From Zygnema circumcarinatum SAG 698-1b (lineage: Eukaryota; Plantae; Zygnematophyceae): a stretch of 64,000 bases of DNA. Made by a program: the position numbers and the translations under genes. Below, one piece after another: positions 60,327 to 64,000 of the stretch (the first letter of the stretch is position 1; every line of letters begins with the position of its first letter). The stretch is taken from NCBI GenBank assembly GCA_037447605.1, contig CM074817.1:806001-870000 (forward strand). Reading direction: 5' to 3'. A model generated the notes under the pieces. The model was not told where the DNA came from. It saw nothing but the letters and a program-made list of their open reading frames with translations, and did not search any database.

Positions 60327-61123
60327 GGTTCGGTTTAAATGGTCTGTTGGAAGTCTCCGGCGGTAGGGTTAGGGGGAAGGGACAATGTAAATTAATGGTT
60401 TGTACTACATCTTTTTATATTAACTTATTATGTCACTGCCTCCCTCCCTCCCTCCCGCCCTCCCTCCCTCCCTCCCTCGCCTCCCTCCCTCGCCTCCCTC
60501 CCTCTTCCCCTCCACTCCCTCCATCCTCTCGCTCGCATGGTTATAAAGGTCGCGAAAGGTTCAAATGGATCTGACGTCCGTCGTAGATGTATGAGGAGAG
60601 AGAGAGAGAGAGAGGAGAGCGAGAGAGAGAGGAGTGAGCGAGCAACGAGAGCAGAGAGCGAGAAGAGAGAGAGAGCAGAGAGAGAGGGGAGAGAGTGAAA
60701 GAGCAGAGAGAGAGAGAGAGATAGAGAGAGAGTGAGAGAGACAGAGAGACAGAGAGGGAGAGAAGGAGATCGATAGAGTGAGCGAGAGAGAGAGAGGGGG
60801 GGAGAGAAAAAAAAAACCATCGTCAACCGGCTATATGGTTCATCTTTGAAAAAACCTTCGATGGTCGGAACATTGGATCGGCAACCGTTGGACAACCATT
60901 GGATGGCAATGGTTGTTGGCCCAATGGTTGGCAGCTATTGATCCACTGGTTCCGACCATTGGCAATGGTTGGCTGGGTCGGGAATCAATGGTTGGCTGGG
61001 TCGGGAATCAATGGTTGGCAACCATTGAGCCTTCCAACCATTGTCATCCAATGGTTGTCCAATAATTGCCGATTCCATGGTCTGACCTACGGAAAGGTCA
61101 ACCATCCGCACGTGCGATATGGC

Positions 61124-61303
61124 ATCAGCAAAGTTGGACCACGTCAGCAAAGTTGTACCACGTCAGCAAAGTTGAACCACGTCAGCAAAGTTGAGCCATG
61201 TCAACAAAGTTGGACCACAAAGATAAACCACGTCAGCAAAGTTGAACCACGTCATAAAGTTTGATCACGTCAGCAAAGTTGAGCCACGTCCGCAAAAGTT
61301 GAA
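61124..61303. repeat. 19-bp tandem array CCACGTCAGCAAAGTTGRA (~9 copies) containing the ACGTCA bZIP core
   Basis: Units start at about 61139, 61158, 61177, 61196, 61228, 61247, 61265 and 61284, plus partial units. Confidence 0.85.
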
Positions 61304-61797
61304 AGAAGTTGCACACTAAAACCAACCCCCCTTCATTTATAATCTTTTAAGAAGCCAAATGTGATGGGCAATGTCACGTCGGTTTTTACTTAACCAAAAA
61401 GGTGTGAAAATAGCCAAAAAAGTGTGCAGATAGTAAATTCCCCAAATAGGCCTCGAGGGTAAACAACGGTAATTCCCTACTTCCAGAATATTTCCATTTC
61501 AAAATCTTGACAATTTTTGAGTCCGCAGAGTAATCATTACATTTCCTTAAAGCTCAAGCTTTAGCTTGCCACGGGGAATCTTCTTCACGATTCTTTACGT
61601 GTCGTTCGTACGAGTGAATGTCCGTACTCTCTTGTCGCAATGTCAACCCTTGTCGTTACACGCACCCCAAATCTCCTTACAACCAATCAAGTGCGAGGGT
61701 CTGACAGATTCGAATCGCCTGGCAGCTGTAGATCCTAAATGACACATTTGTCGTATTATATCAGAATCTCTTAAAATCAAAAGTAGTGGTTTTGGCG

Positions 61798-62738
61798 GGG
61801 TAGTGATATTTCCACCCCTTTTTTGGATCCAAACACCCCTTCCCGGCCGGGCAGATTTCAAAAGGGATTAAAAACGGAAAATGCTTTTTTCACATCTTTT
61901 TGGAATCGATACCCACCTTCTTCGGTCGGCTGATTTTATTTTTGCTAACCAAGGCACATGATACTCCGTCACCGCATTTTGAATACTGTATCCCGCCTCC
62001 CTAAATTTTTTTTTTTGAGGAAAAGAAATATCTGCCTGCCCGAATCCGCTCGGAGCGGAAGATCCGTCCGCCACGAGATCGTTCGCGGGTGTCCGTCCTT
62101 CACACGTGTGTGTCAATCGCAGCTGTCGATTCCCTCGCAGATCGCACCACTGCATATCACCTTTCGATCTGCAGCCGGGCTCGATCTCAGCGAATGGAAA
62201 GCGCCCACGAGTCCCGCCAAAGCCCGATCGCACGTGCGAGTGCGCGCGTCCCTCGGCCCGAGATCTCGTTCATTGTCAGCTCTCAGCCAATCAACATTTG
62301 CCACGTGTTACATTTTTGACGTGGAAATTTTTGATTGGTCTAAATGTACGAAATTTTGGGTTTCTCAAGTTGCGACCGTACGCCATTTGTACGGACAAGC
62401 TTTTGAGACGAGTTTGGCGGGATACGTGGGCAAGTGCCATTCGCTGTGACCGAGCCCGGCTGCAGATCAAATAGTGATCTGCCGTGTTGCGATCTGCGAG
62501 GGAATCGACGGCTGCGATTGACCGCACGCGTGAAAAAAATTCAGGTAGGTGGGATATTCAAAATGGGGTGACGGGTTATCATTTTCCTTGTTTCGCAAAA
62601 ATAAAATCTGCCGATGGAGGGTGGGTATCGATTCCAAAAAGGTGTGAAAAAGCATTTTCCGTTTTTAATCCTTTTTGAAATCTGCCCGGCCGGGAAGGGG
62701 TGTTTGGATCCAAAAAAGGGGTGGAAATATCACTACCC
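61798..62738. mobile_element. Mutator-like long-TIR MITE, copy 2 (intact, 941 bp)
   Basis: TIRs begin GGGTAGTGATATTTCCACCCCTTTTTTGGATCCAAACACCCCTTCCCGGCCGGGCAGATTT at both ends. Perfect 9-bp TSD GTTTTGGCG at 61789-61797 and 62739-62747. A 9-bp TSD with long G-starting TIRs is the established MULE signature. Confidence 0.9.
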
Positions 62739-63207
62739 GTTTTGGCGTGGCTGCATGCGCAAAACGTGCACCAGCGACAGAACCGAATCTGATACGCTAG
62801 CTGCTTCCCAGATTTTATTGTGTCCGTACCCTCTGTGTCTTGCAAAGGATGTGCCCTTAGCCTATATCCCACCGCCCTTAGTAAGTGTTGGGGGCACGGG
62901 GTACGTGCCCCTCGTCACGTCACGTCGCGAAGTAGGCTGTCAGAGCCGTGACTTGACGTGACATGACACTTCCTTCCAATTTTTCTCCTTCCGCAAGCAG
63001 ACTAGTGCGGCCGTACGCTTCGCACGTGGGAGTCTTACCGTAAGGCAGGGTCACGGAGGGACACGGAGGGGCACGAAGGGGCATGTGCCCCTCCAAGCCC
63101 CTCAGGCCGTGCCTGCAACACACCCCAGAAAAGCCCCTCTCCCGCCATTGCTCCGGCGGCTCGCCACAAAACCCTCAACCCTAACAAGCGCCCTCGGGTG
63201 GTTGAGG

Positions 63208-64000
63208 ATGAAGCCGGCGGGCGCGAGGGCGACGCGCGTGCGGGCATGGGTGCTACCCGTGATGTTGGGGGCGTGCGTGGCCATGGTCGTGCTGCTGGTG
63301 GGCACGTACATCGGCCTGCCGTACGCCTGCGAGGAGCACGGAGGGAAGATGTCCATGGCGGCGATGATGAGGGGGAAGGGAGGGGGAGCGAAGGTGCCGG
63401 TGATCGCGTACCTGCTGACAGGTGTGGGGAGGAGGGGGGGAGGGAGNNNNNNNNNNGGGTGGTGGGGAGGAGTGGAAGAATGGGGGAAAGAACGGCGATC
63501 GACAGAGAGAGGGAGGAATGTGGGAGGGGGAGGGGAGGTGGGGCTGGAGAGGGGTGGAGCAACGAGTTGGAAATTCCCGTGTCTCCCTCTCTCATCTCCT
63601 TCGCTCTCGCTCTCGCTCTCGCTCTCTCTCTCTGTCTCTTTTCCTTTCCTCCACGACATCACTCTCTCTTTTCCGACTCTCTCCCTCCGCCACTCCCTCT
63701 CCCTTTTTCGACCTCCCTCTGCCTCTCCTACCTCCCGCTCCCTCTCCCCCTCTCCTTCACCTCGTCGTCTCTGATCCGCCTCCTTGCCCTCTTTGATCCC
63801 CTATTTCCCACCCTCTTCGATTTCTTTCCTCCTCCACTCCCTCTCCCTCTCCCTCTCGCTAAACCCTAAATTCCTTACTGGTATCTCCCTTTATGCCCCT
63901 GCATACCCTAGCACATCTCTCGAGAAAGAAAGCCCAAACTTTCCATTCTCACACTCTTTTCAGGAAGTAATGGAGATGGGAAACGTCTCAAACGTCTCCT
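63208..64000 (+). CDS. GT14 (core-2/I-branching family; GlcAT14-like AGP glucuronosyltransferase), 5' part, truncated by the window end
   Basis: Exon 63208-63421 encodes a type II membrane anchor and PVIAYLLT. Exon 2 from 63964 continues GSNGDGKRLKRLL, matching the plant GT14 start motif P.FAYLISGS.GDG..LKR.L. Confidence 0.75.

Larger units (their letters stand above)
53713..63456. other. Four 10-N assembly gaps (53713-53722, 55955-55964, 57756-57765, 63447-63456)
   Basis: All four gaps lie inside polypurine/polypyrimidine tracts, so the true tract lengths are unknown. The eIF3m frame is complete without them. Confidence 0.95.

Noticed and set aside
61124-61303. Regularly spaced short repeats resembling a CRISPR array
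   Set aside because: The units are head-to-tail with no unique spacers, the context is eukaryotic, and there are no cas genes.

Overview
Eukaryotic, intron-rich green-plant DNA. A streptophyte alga is most likely, inferred from land-plant-like proteins, very long CT/GA tracts in introns and TTAGGG-type repeats. Nearly all long ORFs in the supplied track are artefacts of stop-free polypurine/polypyrimidine tracts, so genes were rebuilt by hand from GT-AG junctions with frame continuity. Gene order: LYR-motif protein (+), MRG/EAF3 chromatin reader (-), a hAT MITE carrying a nested foldback element, malectin receptor-like kinase RLK-A (+, one tandem-malectin module, ~799 aa), GT34-like glycosyltransferase (+), a giant malectin receptor-like kinase RLK-B (+, 33 exons, ~2221 aa, five tandem-malectin modules = ten malectin domains), a GPI-anchored fasciclin-like AGP (+), a secreted Ser-Pro-rich protein with an unrecognised C-terminal domain (-), a Mutator-like MITE, eIF3m (+, with an intronic telomere-like array), an ambiguous small gene, a second MITE copy, and the start of a GT14 gene (+). 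The top candidate for an undescribed system is RLK-B. It is built from frame-symmetric five-exon cassettes, sits beside a one-module paralog, and lies in a neighbourhood rich in cell-wall glycan/AGP genes. No database searches could be run, so novelty is inferred.
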